Positions 29,064-38,824 of a stretch of DNA of 64,000 bases are shown piece after piece (within the stretch, counting starts at the first letter, position 1; the number at the start of each line of letters is the position of its first letter). Origin of the DNA: Acutalibacteraceae bacterium (GTDB taxonomy: Bacteria; Bacillota; Clostridia; Oscillospirales; Acutalibacteraceae); NCBI GenBank assembly GCA_045614505.1, contig JAZLDA010000086.1, positions 13,927-77,926 of the forward strand. Direction: 5' to 3'. The notes beneath the pieces were generated by a model. It was given only the letters and a program-made list of their open reading frames with translations. It had not been told where the DNA came from and did not search any database. The translations under genes were made by a program, and so were the position numbers.

Positions 29064-30374
29064 TTACTCCACCTCATTTCCTAAAATTTTATCCACAAAT
29101 ACATAACCGTCGTTTTCGGTTATGACTACCTTTACATTTAAAGTCTTTTCCAGCTTTTCCACCGTCACATTATCAAGAAACATATCGTTTTCGTGACGTA
29201 GCATAGATGAAGGAATAAGCAGTTCTTCTCCCAAATCCTCACCTTGAAGCTGATTAATAATATCAGAACCCGTAACAAGTCCGGCAACAGTTATTTTTTC
29301 TCCGAAAAAGTTGTTTTTTATCGCCTTTACAGTGCAGTCAAGATTACTGTACTTTTCTTTCACAAGCTCTATTGCCTCGCTTATGAGCGGAAAGGCGGCA
29401 ACACCGGTTACAACGGTTCTTTTTTTACCGTCATACAGAATGTCGGTAATTCCTGTGGCTTTTTGTACTTCTTTTCTGAAAAGCGCCCACATACCAACAC
29501 CGTTATCAAGCTGGTCAAAATCACCGTAAAAATCACTGCAAGGTATTTCTCGCTCTGCTTTTAAATAGAATTCATCCGAGCCGTAGAACTTTCGTACTGC
29601 GAAACGCTCTTTACATTTTTGTGCATATTCATCAATAATATCCAGCACTTCTCCTGCAGTTTCCTTATTATAGGGCTCAATTTCTGCAAGGCCTTCTCTG
29701 TATTTTGTCAGCCCCACAGGAACGCAGGCTACCGACTGCACGCTCTCCATTTCCATTAAATCGGCAAGGCTTCTTTTAAGCTCCTGTCCGTCGTTATAGC
29801 CGGGGCACAGCACAAGCTGACAGTTCATAGCAATTCCTGCCTCGTTAAAGCGCTTTAAAATTTCAAGGCACTGTCCTGCAAAACGGTTGTTCATCATTTT
29901 ACAGCGAAGAGCAGGATTGGTAGTATGCACCGAAACATTTACGGGACTTATATGCATCTTTATTATTCTACTGATTTCATGCTCTGTTAAATTAGTCAGA
30001 GTAATATAGTTGCCGAAAAGGAAGGAAAGGCGTGAATCGTCATCCTTAAAATAAAGGGTGTCACGCATACCGCGGGGAAGCTGGTCAATAAAACAGAATA
30101 TACATTTATTTTTGCAGGAATGCTGCTTGTCCATAAGATAGGAGTCAAATTCCAGTCCAAGTTCTTCGTATTCACCTTTATTAATACGAATAGTTTTTAC
30201 CTTGCCCTCAGCCGTCTCAATTTTTATCTTTAGGCGCTTTTCATCCTGATAAAAGCGGTAATCAAGCACGTCGATAATTTCATTTCCGTTTATGGTGAGA
30301 ATTTTATCTGAGCCTTTTATTCCTTTTTTTCTTGCGGGAGAATGCTCTGCCACCGCATCTATTTTTACTGCCAT
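29064..30374 (-). CDS. DUF512 / PDZ-domain radical-SAM-like protein
   Basis: PDZ-like N-terminus (SPARKKGIKGSDKILTINGNEI) and a CKNKCIFCF cluster motif. Start trimmed to ATG 30374. Conserved position upstream of der. Confidence 0.75.
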   Translation of the reverse strand: MAVKIDAVAEHSPARKKGIKGSDKILTINGNEIIDVLDYRFYQDEKRLKIKIETAEGKVKTIRINKGEYEELGLEFDSYLMDKQHSCKNKCIFCFIDQLPRGMRDTLYFKDDDSRLSFLFGNYITLTNLTEHEISRIIKMHISPVNVSVHTTNPALRCKMMNNRFAGQCLEILKRFNEAGIAMNCQLVLCPGYNDGQELKRSLADLMEMESVQSVACVPVGLTKYREGLAEIEPYNKETAGEVLDIIDEYAQKCKERFAVRKFYGSDEFYLKAEREIPCSDFYGDFDQLDNGVGMWALFRKEVQKATGITDILYDGKKRTVVTGVAAFPLISEAIELVKEKYSNLDCTVKAIKNNFFGEKITVAGLVTGSDIINQLQGEDLGEELLIPSSMLRHENDMFLDNVTVEKLEKTLNVKVVITENDGYVFVDKILGNEVE

Positions 30375-30448
30375 ACTTGCCACCACCCTTCACAGAAAAA
30401 AAGGCAGAGAAGAAATTCCCCTCTGCCCCTTTAGTTCAAAATTTAAGA

Positions 30449-30631
30449 TTAGTCTTCTACCTTAACTACCTGACGGTCACCATAGTAACCGCAAGCACTG
30501 CAAAGGCGATGAGGACGCTTATACTCGCCGCAACGGGGACATTTAACCAGTGCAGGAGCAGAAATCTTCCATAAATTATTACGTCTTTTGTCTCTTCTCG
30601 CTTTAGATGTTTTTCTCTTAGGTACTGCCAT
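30449..30631 (-). CDS. rpmF: 50S ribosomal protein L32
   Basis: MAVPKRKTSKARRDKRR...CPRCGEYKRPHRLCSACGYY. Confidence 0.95.
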   Translation of the reverse strand: MAVPKRKTSKARRDKRRNNLWKISAPALVKCPRCGEYKRPHRLCSACGYYGDRQVVKVED

Positions 30632-30660
30632 TTTAAATACAACTCCTTAATAATAAAAAG

Positions 30661-31164
30661 TTAATTTTCTTCTTTTAATAAATCCGCCAGAGCCTGCAGA
30701 CGTGGGTCTATCTGTTTTGTTTCACAGTTACATTTTCCGTCATTCAGATTTTTACCGCATGAGGGACAAATGCCCTTACACTCACTTCGGCAAAGGTGCT
30801 TCATCGGAAAAGACACAATAACCTCGGTATAGACAAGCTCGTCCAAATCGAGCTTTAAGTCTTCAACCAAAATAATGTCATCGTTATCAGTTCCGGCGAT
30901 TTCGGGAGCCAAGGACTTTTCAAGCGTCACCTCGTGCTCGGTTTCGGTTGGTAGCCCGCACCTGTCACAAGGGGCCGAAAAGACATACACCATACTGATT
31001 GACAGTGTTACCAGTCCGGCTCTGTTTGTTACCTCTCCTGTCACCGTAACGGGCTTTTTGAGCGGATATTCACCCATATACTCAACATCGGAAAGATCAA
31101 CAGAGTGTTCAATAGGAAGCGTATAATTCTCGGTAATAAACAGCTTTTTTAAATCAAGAATCAC
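30661..31164 (-). CDS. yceD: YceD/DUF177 family protein (23S rRNA accumulation/L32-associated)
   Basis: CDRCG...CRSECKGICPSCGKNLNDGKCNC motifs. I place the start at GTG 31164 (GGGAGGA SD 6 nt upstream), not at the track's 31239. Confidence 0.8.
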   Translation of the reverse strand: MILDLKKLFITENYTLPIEHSVDLSDVEYMGEYPLKKPVTVTGEVTNRAGLVTLSISMVYVFSAPCDRCGLPTETEHEVTLEKSLAPEIAGTDNDDIILVEDLKLDLDELVYTEVIVSFPMKHLCRSECKGICPSCGKNLNDGKCNCETKQIDPRLQALADLLKEEN

Positions 31165-31312
31165 ACATAGTCCTCCCATCGTTGCCATAATATTATATCC
31201 AAAAGGGTAACTTTTGTCAATACCTAATTTAAAAACCAAAGAGAAAATATATTATTGTTGAAATTTCACCAAAAGAAGTATATAATAGCTTTGTAAGTAT
31301 CCACTATTTTGT

Positions 31313-31744
31313 ATGGAGCGTTATATGACGAAGTTTAAAGATATAGCAAAAAAGGTTTTCTTCTTTTTCTTCAGCAAGAGATTTATGATATATACTCTTA
31401 TCGGAGCATTCAACACCTTTAACTGTGTTATCTTCTCCACCCTCTTTGCTCAGTTTGTTCAGGAAAACCTTGCCTTTTCCATAGGCTATATGATAAGCCT
31501 TACAATATCATATATATTCAACAGCATATTTAATTTCAGGCGCAAGCTTTCTTTTTTGCGGTACAGCAAGTTTGTGGTTTCCTACATACCCAACTTTATT
31601 ATTCAGAACATTGTTACCTTTATATTCTTTAACCTTATAGAAGTCCCCGAGGTAATTGCCTATATTGTGGCGGCAGTGCTGGGAACTCCCGTGACCTTCC
31701 TTTTCTTAAAGCTGTTTGCCTTTGCAGATAAAAATAAAGGCTGA
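31313..31744 (+). CDS. GtrA-family membrane protein
   Basis: 143 aa, four TM helices, GtrA-like pattern (YTLIGAFNTFNCVIF ... FNFRRKLSF). Confidence 0.7.
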   Translation: MERYMTKFKDIAKKVFFFFFSKRFMIYTLIGAFNTFNCVIFSTLFAQFVQENLAFSIGYMISLTISYIFNSIFNFRRKLSFLRYSKFVVSYIPNFIIQNIVTFIFFNLIEVPEVIAYIVAAVLGTPVTFLFLKLFAFADKNKG

Positions 31745-31745
31745 C

Positions 31746-31769
31746 ATAAATAAATAAATAAATAAATAA
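31746..31769. repeat. (ATAA)6 tetranucleotide microsatellite
   Basis: Six perfect ATAA units immediately after the gtrA-like stop codon and before the hairpin at 31779-31807. Confidence 0.9.
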
Positions 31770-31854
31770 GTAAAATTAACGGGGTTTTGATTGACAAAAC
31801 CCCATTAATTTATTAAAATATGTAAAGTTTATAAAAATTTTTAAGGAGTGACTT

Positions 31855-32988
31855 TTGTTGGATTTTTTAGTAAACACGTTTGGATTCCTTTGGGAATTCG
31901 CAAGTCAGATAACCTGGCAGCAAATTGTTATGTGGATTATCGGCGGAACTCTTGTTTTCCTTGCAATCAAAAAGGAAATGGAGCCCTCTCTGCTTCTTCC
32001 TATGGGATTCGGTACCATTCTTGTTAACTTTCCTCATTCTGCAGCAATAGGTGATGCGGCAGAGCCGGGATTCCTTACAACCCTCTTTAATGCAGGTATC
32101 TCTAATGAGCTCTTCCCGTTGCTTCTCTTTATCGGTATCGGTGCTATGATTGACTTCGGTCCCGTGCTTACTAATCCTAAGCTTATGCTATTCGGCGCTG
32201 CAGCGCAGTTCGGTATCTTCTTCACCCTTTGCCTTGCAAGTGTTTTCTTCGCAGAAAACGATGCCGCTTCCATTGCTATTATCGGTGCGGCTGACGGTCC
32301 TACCTCTATAGTCGTTTCTCAGAAATTAAACTCCAACTATCAGGGTGCTATAATGGTTGCCGCTTATTCATATATGGCGCTTGTGCCCATTATTCAGCCC
32401 CCCGTCATAAAGGCGCTTACCACTAAAAAAGAGCGTATGATTCGTATGCCTTATAAGCCTGCAAACGTTTCCAAAGCCACCAAGATTCTCTTCCCCATTG
32501 TTGTTACACTGATTTCTTGTATTATTGCTCCTTCTGCCGCTTCTCTTATCGGCTCTCTTATGTTCGGTAACCTTATTAGAGAATGCGGAGTGCTGGATTC
32601 CCTTTCCGAGACTGCACAGAAGGTACTTGCAAACCTTATTACCATTTTACTCGGTATCAGCGTTGCGTCTCAGATGGTTGCGGAAAAGTTCCTGCAGAAA
32701 GAAACCCTTCTTATCCTCGGTCTCGGACTTATTGCATTTATTTTCGACACCGCAGGCGGTGTACTTTTCGCCAAGTTCTTAAATCTCTTTATGAAGGAAA
32801 AAATCAATCCTATGATTGGTGCGGCAGGTATTTCTGCATTCCCTATGTCGGGCAGAATCGTTCACAAAATGGGACTGAAAGAAGACCCTCAAAACTTCCT
32901 TCTTATGCATTCAATAGGCGTAAATGTTTCGGGTCAGATTGCCTCTGTTATTGCAGGCGCGCTTATCCTTAACTTCTTTATGGCCTGA
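31855..32988 (+). CDS. Sodium-ion-translocating decarboxylase beta subunit (OadB/GcdB/MmdB family), paralog 1
   Basis: 377 aa polytopic protein, clearly alignable by eye along its length with the second beta subunit at 37398-38810 (e.g. FGAAAQFGIFFT vs [12 protein letters not shown]; IGAADGPT; MALVPIIQPP; IGAAGISAFPMSGR). AAGGAG SD. Confidence 0.85.
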   Translation: MLDFLVNTFGFLWEFASQITWQQIVMWIIGGTLVFLAIKKEMEPSLLLPMGFGTILVNFPHSAAIGDAAEPGFLTTLFNAGISNELFPLLLFIGIGAMIDFGPVLTNPKLMLFGAAAQFGIFFTLCLASVFFAENDAASIAIIGAADGPTSIVVSQKLNSNYQGAIMVAAYSYMALVPIIQPPVIKALTTKKERMIRMPYKPANVSKATKILFPIVVTLISCIIAPSAASLIGSLMFGNLIRECGVLDSLSETAQKVLANLITILLGISVASQMVAEKFLQKETLLILGLGLIAFIFDTAGGVLFAKFLNLFMKEKINPMIGAAGISAFPMSGRIVHKMGLKEDPQNFLLMHSIGVNVSGQIASVIAGALILNFFMA

Positions 32989-33002
32989 TAGGAGGTAATA
33001 AT

Positions 33003-33143
33003 ATGAATTGGATGAAATTTGTTGAATATCTCCCGTATATGGGAAAGGGTATGCTGGCAATAATAATTGTAATAGGAATTATAATTCTCGTTACCGGCGG
33101 TCTAAATAAAATAATGAACAATATAATGAATAAGAAAAAATAA
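33003..33143 (+). CDS. 46-aa single-TM peptide; candidate small decarboxylase subunit (OadG/MmdE-like position)
   Basis: Not in the ORF track. TAGGAGGT SD 7 nt before the ATG. MNWMKFVEYLPYMGKGMLAIIIVIGIIILVTGGLNKIMNNIMNKKK*. Followed by a hairpin terminator at 33148-33180. Confidence 0.6.
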   Translation: MNWMKFVEYLPYMGKGMLAIIIVIGIIILVTGGLNKIMNNIMNKKK

Positions 33144-33196
33144 GCATAAGTCGGCGGAAAAAATTTCCGCCGACTTTGTTATTAAGGAGATAAATT

Positions 33197-34609
33197 ATGA
33201 GAAAAACGAAAATAGTTTGCACAATCGGTCCTGCCTGCACCGACGAGAATGTACTAAGGGAAATGTGTCTGGCAGGTATGAATGTTGCGCGCCTTAACTT
33301 TTCCCACGGCACTCACTCAGACCATCAGCAAAGAATTGACCTTATTAAGAAAATAAGGGATGAACTTAATCTTCCTATAGCAATAATGCTGGACACAAAA
33401 GGCCCCGAATACCGTATTAAAACCTTCGAAGACGGTGAAATCTTTTTAAATGACGGAGATCCCTTTACCTTTACGGCAGAAGATATTATAGGAAACGATA
33501 AAAAAGTAAGTGTCACATACAAAGGGCTTGTAAATGACCTTAAAACCGGTGATAAAATTCTTTTAAATAACGGTCTTCTTTCTTTTGTTGTAACAGAAAT
33601 AAAGGGCAACGACATCATTTGCAAAACCCTTATAGGCGGTGTTTTGTCTAACCGCAAGAGTATGAGTTTCCCCGGAAAGGTATTAAAGCAGATATATCTT
33701 AGCGAACAGGACAAAAGCGATATTCTTTTCGGCATAAAGAACGATATTGACTTTATTTCTTGCTCCTTTGTATCCCGTAAACAGGACCTTATTGATGTCA
33801 AAGAATTTATAAAGGCAAACGGCGGAGATAATATCGGAATTATCGCAAAAATAGAAAATCAGGCAGGCATTGACAATATTGAGGACATCTGCAGTGAGTG
33901 CGAAGGCATTATGATAGGCAGAGGCGATATGGGTGTAGAAATTCCCTTTGAGTCCCTCCCTGCAGTGCAAAAACGTCTTATTACCAAATGCAGACTGCTT
34001 GGCAAGAGAATAATTACCGCCACCGAAATGCTGGAATCTATGATTCATAATCCCCGCCCCACCAGAGCCGAAATTTCAGACGTTGCCAATGCTGTTTACG
34101 ACGGTACCAGCGCTATAATGCTCTCGGGCGAAACCGCCGCAGGCAAATACCCTGTGCTCACAGTCAAAACGATGTCTGACATTGCAGAGCATACCGAAAA
34201 TAATATACATTATGATAAGCGCTTCAAAAACAGTGCCTTCGAAATAAGAAACACCGTAGACGCCGTTTCTCACGCCACCTGCACAATGGCTATTGATATT
34301 GACGCTAAGGCTATTGTTGCCTGCTCCATTTCGGGTGCCACTGCACGAATGGTATCCCGCTTCCGTTCTCCTGTGGATATTGTGGGACTTACCACAAACG
34401 AAAAAACCTACCGAAAGCTCGCCCTTTCCTGGGGTGTTATACCTGCCAAATGTGAACTATACAATTCTACCGACGTCCTTTTCTTTAATGCAAACCGCAC
34501 CGCAAAGGATGTATTAGGACTTGAAAGTGGAGATAAAATCATCATTACAGGCGGTATTACAAACGGTTCTTCGGGAAATACCGACACCATTAAAATAGAC
34601 ACAATATAA
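33197..34609 (+). CDS. pyk: Pyruvate kinase
   Basis: 470 aa. MRKTKIVCTIGPA, NFSHG, MLDTKGPE and MVARGDLG-like (MIGRGDMGVEIP) motifs. Confidence 0.95.
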   Translation: MRKTKIVCTIGPACTDENVLREMCLAGMNVARLNFSHGTHSDHQQRIDLIKKIRDELNLPIAIMLDTKGPEYRIKTFEDGEIFLNDGDPFTFTAEDIIGNDKKVSVTYKGLVNDLKTGDKILLNNGLLSFVVTEIKGNDIICKTLIGGVLSNRKSMSFPGKVLKQIYLSEQDKSDILFGIKNDIDFISCSFVSRKQDLIDVKEFIKANGGDNIGIIAKIENQAGIDNIEDICSECEGIMIGRGDMGVEIPFESLPAVQKRLITKCRLLGKRIITATEMLESMIHNPRPTRAEISDVANAVYDGTSAIMLSGETAAGKYPVLTVKTMSDIAEHTENNIHYDKRFKNSAFEIRNTVDAVSHATCTMAIDIDAKAIVACSISGATARMVSRFRSPVDIVGLTTNEKTYRKLALSWGVIPAKCELYNSTDVLFFNANRTAKDVLGLESGDKIIITGGITNGSSGNTDTIKIDTI

Positions 34610-34612
34610 TTC

Positions 34613-34642
34613 AAAACGGTTCTTCGGAACCGTTTTATTTTG
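34613..34642 (+). terminator. pyk terminator
   Basis: AAAACGGTTC-TTCG-GAACCGTTTT followed by ATTTTG. Confidence 0.8.
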
Positions 34643-34701
34643 TGTCAGTCACTCTTTTTCTGAATAGTATGTAGAAGAATCATTCCATCTAAAAGAAAAG
34701 A

Positions 34702-36492
34702 GTGAAAAAAGTGATATATAAAAAAATAATTCTTATGGGCAACCCAAATGTGGGTAAAAGTACCCTTTTTAATAAACTGACCGGCAAAAAACAGCACACA
34801 GGAAACTGGGCGGGAAAAACCGTAGATACAGCTGTGGGCACATACAAGACCAAAATCACACGGTATTCGGTAATTGACCTGCCCGGCATTTACTCCCTTT
34901 CTTTGCGTTCCCCCGAAGAAAAAATTGCAAAGGACTACCTTTTAAATGAAACCTATGACGCGGTGCTGGTAATATGCGATGCAACCGATTTGTACCGCAA
35001 TTTAAAGCTTGCTCTTGAAGTTATAAGTATCTGTCCAAGGGTAATTGTCTGTGTTAATATGCTTGATGAGGCGCAAAGAAAGGAAATATCCATTAATATA
35101 GACGGAATGAGCCGAGAGCTTGGCGTTCCGGTAATAGGCTGCAGTGCAAAAAAAGACGTGAGCGCGGTTAAAGAGTCTCTTTGCCTAATAGACAGTCTGC
35201 CCACGTCTACACCACACCTGCCCCACAGAGATGAGCTTATAAAAAAATACGTAACATATAATAAAAAGGATATAAATGAGAGAGACAAAAAAATCGATAA
35301 AATCCTCTGCGGCAAGTACACACGAATTCCCGTAATGATACTTTTTTTACTCATTATACTGTGGCTTACCGTAAGCGGTGCAAACTATCCTTCTAACCTT
35401 CTTTCAAAACTGCTTTTTTATATAGGAGATAAATTAGAACTATTAATGCTTTCCCTGAGCGCTCCTGCCTTTCTTATAGGCATTTTTGTTGACGGTGCGT
35501 ATAACGTTTTGGCTCAGGTAGTATCGGTAATGCTGCCGCCTATGGCTATATTCTTCCCCCTTTTTGCACTTCTTGAGGAAAGTGGATTTTTACCCAGAAT
35601 AGCCTATAATCTCGATTCCCATTTAACAAAATGCGGAGGCACGGGAAAGCAGGCTCTTACAATGTGTATGGGACTTGGATGTAATGCCGTAGGTGTAATG
35701 AACTCCAGAATAATTCCGTCAAAAAAGCAACAGCTTATATCAATACTCACTAATTCCTTTATGCCCTGCAACGGCAGATTTCCCACTATAATACTGCTTA
35801 TATCGGTGATACTGGGTGGCACCGCCTCTTCATTTCTTGGAGCGACACTGCTTACCTTTTTTATACTTCTTTCCATAGTTGTCACCTTTGCGGTCACTTA
35901 TTTTTTATCACGCACTCTAAAAGGAGAAAACATCTCACCAACCATAGAGTTGCCCACTTATCGAAAACCGGATATTTTCAAAACTCTTGCTGATTCTTTT
36001 CTAAATAAAACACTTCACATTTTAGGCAGAGCGGCAGTTGTCGCCGCGCCCGCGGGAGCTATTCTTTGGCTAATTAATAATATCCGTATAGGAGATGCAT
36101 CACTCCTTTCCTGGTGCGCTTCATTCTTAGAGCCTTTAGGCAAACTTTTATGTATGGATTCCGTTATACTCATAGCCTTTATATTAGGTTCTCCTGCCAA
36201 TGAAATAGTCCTGCCCATAGCAGTGATGATTTATATGGGAGCCGGCAGTATGAGCGGCATTGGAAACGAAGAAATGAAGGCAATATTTATTAATAACGGT
36301 TGGGACGGATTTACAGCGCTTAGTGTGATATTCTTCTCCCTTTTCCACTGGCCCTGCACCACCACATTGCTTACAATAAAAAAAGAAACCGACAGTCTAA
36401 AATACACCGCACTGGCGGTATTCATACCCACTGCCGTCGGCACAATACTCTGTCTTCTTCTGAATTTAATAAAGGTTATATATACCGGCTGA
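34702..36492 (+). CDS. feoB: Ferrous iron transporter FeoB (short form)
   Basis: 596 aa. G-domain GNPNVGKSTLFN, DLPG and NMLD, then gate-motif membrane domains. GTG start; terminator 36482-36511 overlaps the stop codon. Confidence 0.88.
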   Translation: MKKVIYKKIILMGNPNVGKSTLFNKLTGKKQHTGNWAGKTVDTAVGTYKTKITRYSVIDLPGIYSLSLRSPEEKIAKDYLLNETYDAVLVICDATDLYRNLKLALEVISICPRVIVCVNMLDEAQRKEISINIDGMSRELGVPVIGCSAKKDVSAVKESLCLIDSLPTSTPHLPHRDELIKKYVTYNKKDINERDKKIDKILCGKYTRIPVMILFLLIILWLTVSGANYPSNLLSKLLFYIGDKLELLMLSLSAPAFLIGIFVDGAYNVLAQVVSVMLPPMAIFFPLFALLEESGFLPRIAYNLDSHLTKCGGTGKQALTMCMGLGCNAVGVMNSRIIPSKKQQLISILTNSFMPCNGRFPTIILLISVILGGTASSFLGATLLTFFILLSIVVTFAVTYFLSRTLKGENISPTIELPTYRKPDIFKTLADSFLNKTLHILGRAAVVAAPAGAILWLINNIRIGDASLLSWCASFLEPLGKLLCMDSVILIAFILGSPANEIVLPIAVMIYMGAGSMSGIGNEEMKAIFINNGWDGFTALSVIFFSLFHWPCTTTLLTIKKETDSLKYTALAVFIPTAVGTILCLLLNLIKVIYTG

Positions 36493-36706
36493 TATTTCAG
36501 TCGGTATTTTTACATATAAGTAGTTGTTTTGCCAACAAAATAACCAATAATTTCATTTAATTTTGAATATTTTGATAAATTTATAAAATATGGAAAAATT
36601 ACTATTGTTTATTGAACTAACTTTTAGTATAATAATATGGGTTAATTTGTATCTACTTTCAGTTATTTACTTTTAATTCAATATATTATATAGGAGGTAA
36701 TCGAGT

Positions 36707-36982
36707 ATGAGCGATACATTATTCGTGTGTCTAATGGGCGTAGGCACCGTATTTGTTGGTCTGATTTGCATCATAATCGTATGTAAGATAGTCAGCGGCA
36801 TAATACGGCTTTCTGAAAAAGCACCTGCAAAAGAAACTGCAGCATCTTCTCCTGTTCCTGCCGCATTAAACACTGAAATTCCCGACAGACAGCGCCTTAT
36901 CGCCGCTGTATCGGCAGCCATTGCCGAAGAACTCGGTACTGATGTTTCAGCACTGCGTATCACATCATTTAAAAAGATTTAA
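36707..36982 (+). CDS. oadG: OadG-family (gamma) subunit of a Na+-translocating decarboxylase
   Basis: 91 aa. N-terminal TM helix (LMGVGTVFVGLICIIIVCKIV), then a soluble tail ending AIAEELG. TAGGAGGT SD. Confidence 0.75.
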   Translation: MSDTLFVCLMGVGTVFVGLICIIIVCKIVSGIIRLSEKAPAKETAASSPVPAALNTEIPDRQRLIAAVSAAIAEELGTDVSALRITSFKKI

Positions 36983-37007
36983 TTCAAACCAAGAAAGGTG
37001 AAAAACA

Positions 37008-37376
37008 ATGAAAAAGTATAAAGTTAATGTAAACGGCACAGAATATGAAATCACTTTAGAAGTAGTTGACAGTGCTGATGTAGCTACTCCCGCTCCCGCT
37101 GCTGCTCCTGCACCTGCCGCAGCTCCTGCTCCCGCTCCTGCCGCTCCTGCCGCCACTGCTGAAGGCGAACAGGTTAACAGCCCCATGCCCGGCAACATAC
37201 TTGCAGTTAACGTAAATGTAGGCGATACCGTTAAGGCCGGACAGGTTCTTATGATTTTAGAGGCTATGAAAATGGAAAATGAAATCATGGCAGGCGTTGA
37301 CGGAAAAATCCTTTCTCTTAACGTTCAGAAGGGATCTACCGTTGAGACCGGAGCTCTTCTCTGTGTAATCGGTTAA
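37008..37376 (+). CDS. Biotin carboxyl carrier protein (biotinyl domain with Pro/Ala linker)
   Basis: 122 aa. (PA)n linker, then a biotinyl domain with LEAMKMENEI. Confidence 0.88.
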   Translation: MKKYKVNVNGTEYEITLEVVDSADVATPAPAAAPAPAAAPAPAPAAPAATAEGEQVNSPMPGNILAVNVNVGDTVKAGQVLMILEAMKMENEIMAGVDGKILSLNVQKGSTVETGALLCVIG

Positions 37377-37397
37377 TCTCATTCGGAGGATAGACTG

Positions 37398-38810
37398 ATG
37401 AAAAATAAGTATTTAAAGGTTTTCCTTGCGGCAGTTCTTGCATTCGCCCTTGTTATTGCAGGCTTTAACGTATTTGCCGACAACGTAGACGGCACTAATA
37501 CAGACGACACTTCTTCTACTGCTGTTATCGGCGGTGCAGACGAGCCTACCAATATGCTTGTAACAGACGAAAAGTCAGACGAAGAAATCAATCCCAAGGA
37601 AGCAATTAAAAATTTTCTGGGTGAAACAGGCTTCAAAGCCCTTTTCGGCAACCTTCACAAGGGAGCCGGCTCCTTTGCTGAATTCACCGCAAACTACGGA
37701 TATCTGGTAATGATTCTCATTTCCTTTATCCTTTTGTATCTTGCTATTGCCAAGGGCTTCGAGCCTCTGCTCCTTCTCCCCATTGCCTTCGGTATGCTCC
37801 TTACCAATCTTCCCGGTGCAAATATGTTCCACGAGGCAATTTTTGCAGGCGGTCACATTAACTGGCCTGAGCTTGCCAATAACGGTGGTATTCTTGACTT
37901 CCTTTACCTTGGTGTTAAGCTTGGAGTTTATCCCTGTCTTATTTTCCTTGGCGTTGGTGCAATGACCGACTTCGGTCCCCTTATTGCTAATCCTAAGAGT
38001 CTTCTTTTAGGTGCTGCCGCACAGCTTGGTATTTTTGCTACCTACGCAATTGCCACCACCGATCTTTTAGGCTTCACAGCCAGAGAAGCCAGCTCCATCG
38101 GTATTATCGGCGGTGCCGACGGTCCTACCGCTATCTTTGTTACCAGTAAGTTAGCTCCTCACCTTTTAGGACCTATTGCCGTTGCCGCTTATTCCTATAT
38201 GGCTCTCGTTCCGGTAATTCAGCCTCCTATTATGAAGCTCCTCACCACCAAAAAAGAGCGCCAGATAGTTATGAAGCCTCTCCGTGAGGTTTCTAAGAAG
38301 GAAAAGATTATTTTCCCCATCGCTGTTACTCTATTCGTTGCACTTCTCGTTCCCTCTGCCGCTCCTCTGGTTGGATGCCTTATGCTTGGTAACCTCTTCA
38401 AAGAAAGCGGTGTTGCAGACCGCCTTTCCAAGACTGCACAGAACGAGCTTATGAATATTGTTACCATTTTCCTCGGCGTAACAGTAGGCGCTACCGCCAC
38501 TGCTAAAACCTTCCTTTCTATCGACACCTTAAAGATTATTGTGATCGGTGTTGCAGCATTTGCTGTAGGTTCTGCAGGCGGCGTAATTCTCGCTAAGATT
38601 ATGAACTTGTTCCTGAGAAAGAACAAAATCAACCCTCTTATCGGTTCCGCGGGTGTTTCCGCCGTTCCTATGGCAGCCAGAGTTTCTCAGACTGTAGGAC
38701 AGAAAGAAAACCCCAAGAATTTCCTTTTAATGCACGCTATGGGACCCAATGTTGCAGGTGTTATCGGCTCGGCTATTGCCGCAGGCGTTCTCCTTGCACT
38801 GTTCGGTTAA
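37398..38810 (+). CDS. oadB: Sodium-ion-translocating decarboxylase beta subunit, paralog 2, with an N-terminal signal-anchor plus acidic extension
   Basis: 470 aa. Residues ~68-470 align with paralog 1. Residues 1-67 ([67 protein letters not shown]) are extra. GGAGGA SD. Confidence 0.88.
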   Translation: MKNKYLKVFLAAVLAFALVIAGFNVFADNVDGTNTDDTSSTAVIGGADEPTNMLVTDEKSDEEINPKEAIKNFLGETGFKALFGNLHKGAGSFAEFTANYGYLVMILISFILLYLAIAKGFEPLLLLPIAFGMLLTNLPGANMFHEAIFAGGHINWPELANNGGILDFLYLGVKLGVYPCLIFLGVGAMTDFGPLIANPKSLLLGAAAQLGIFATYAIATTDLLGFTAREASSIGIIGGADGPTAIFVTSKLAPHLLGPIAVAAYSYMALVPVIQPPIMKLLTTKKERQIVMKPLREVSKKEKIIFPIAVTLFVALLVPSAAPLVGCLMLGNLFKESGVADRLSKTAQNELMNIVTIFLGVTVGATATAKTFLSIDTLKIIVIGVAAFAVGSAGGVILAKIMNLFLRKNKINPLIGSAGVSAVPMAARVSQTVGQKENPKNFLLMHAMGPNVAGVIGSAIAAGVLLALFG

Positions 38811-38824
38811 TGGAGGTATAAACT

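Noticed and set aside
36590-36676. 28-codon hydrophobic micro-ORF (MEKLLLFIELTFSIIIWVNLYLLSVIYF) upstream of oadG
   Set aside because: It has no SD and lies in a very AT-rich promoter region overlapping the TTGTTT-17-TATAAT hexamers. It most likely arises by chance.
37085-37150. GCT/CCT-rich tandem-looking repeats (also 55200-55262 in rplL and 22868-22900 in the VanY-like gene)
   Set aside because: They encode flexible Pro/Ala, Ala-rich or Ser-rich linkers inside ordinary proteins, not independent repeat elements.
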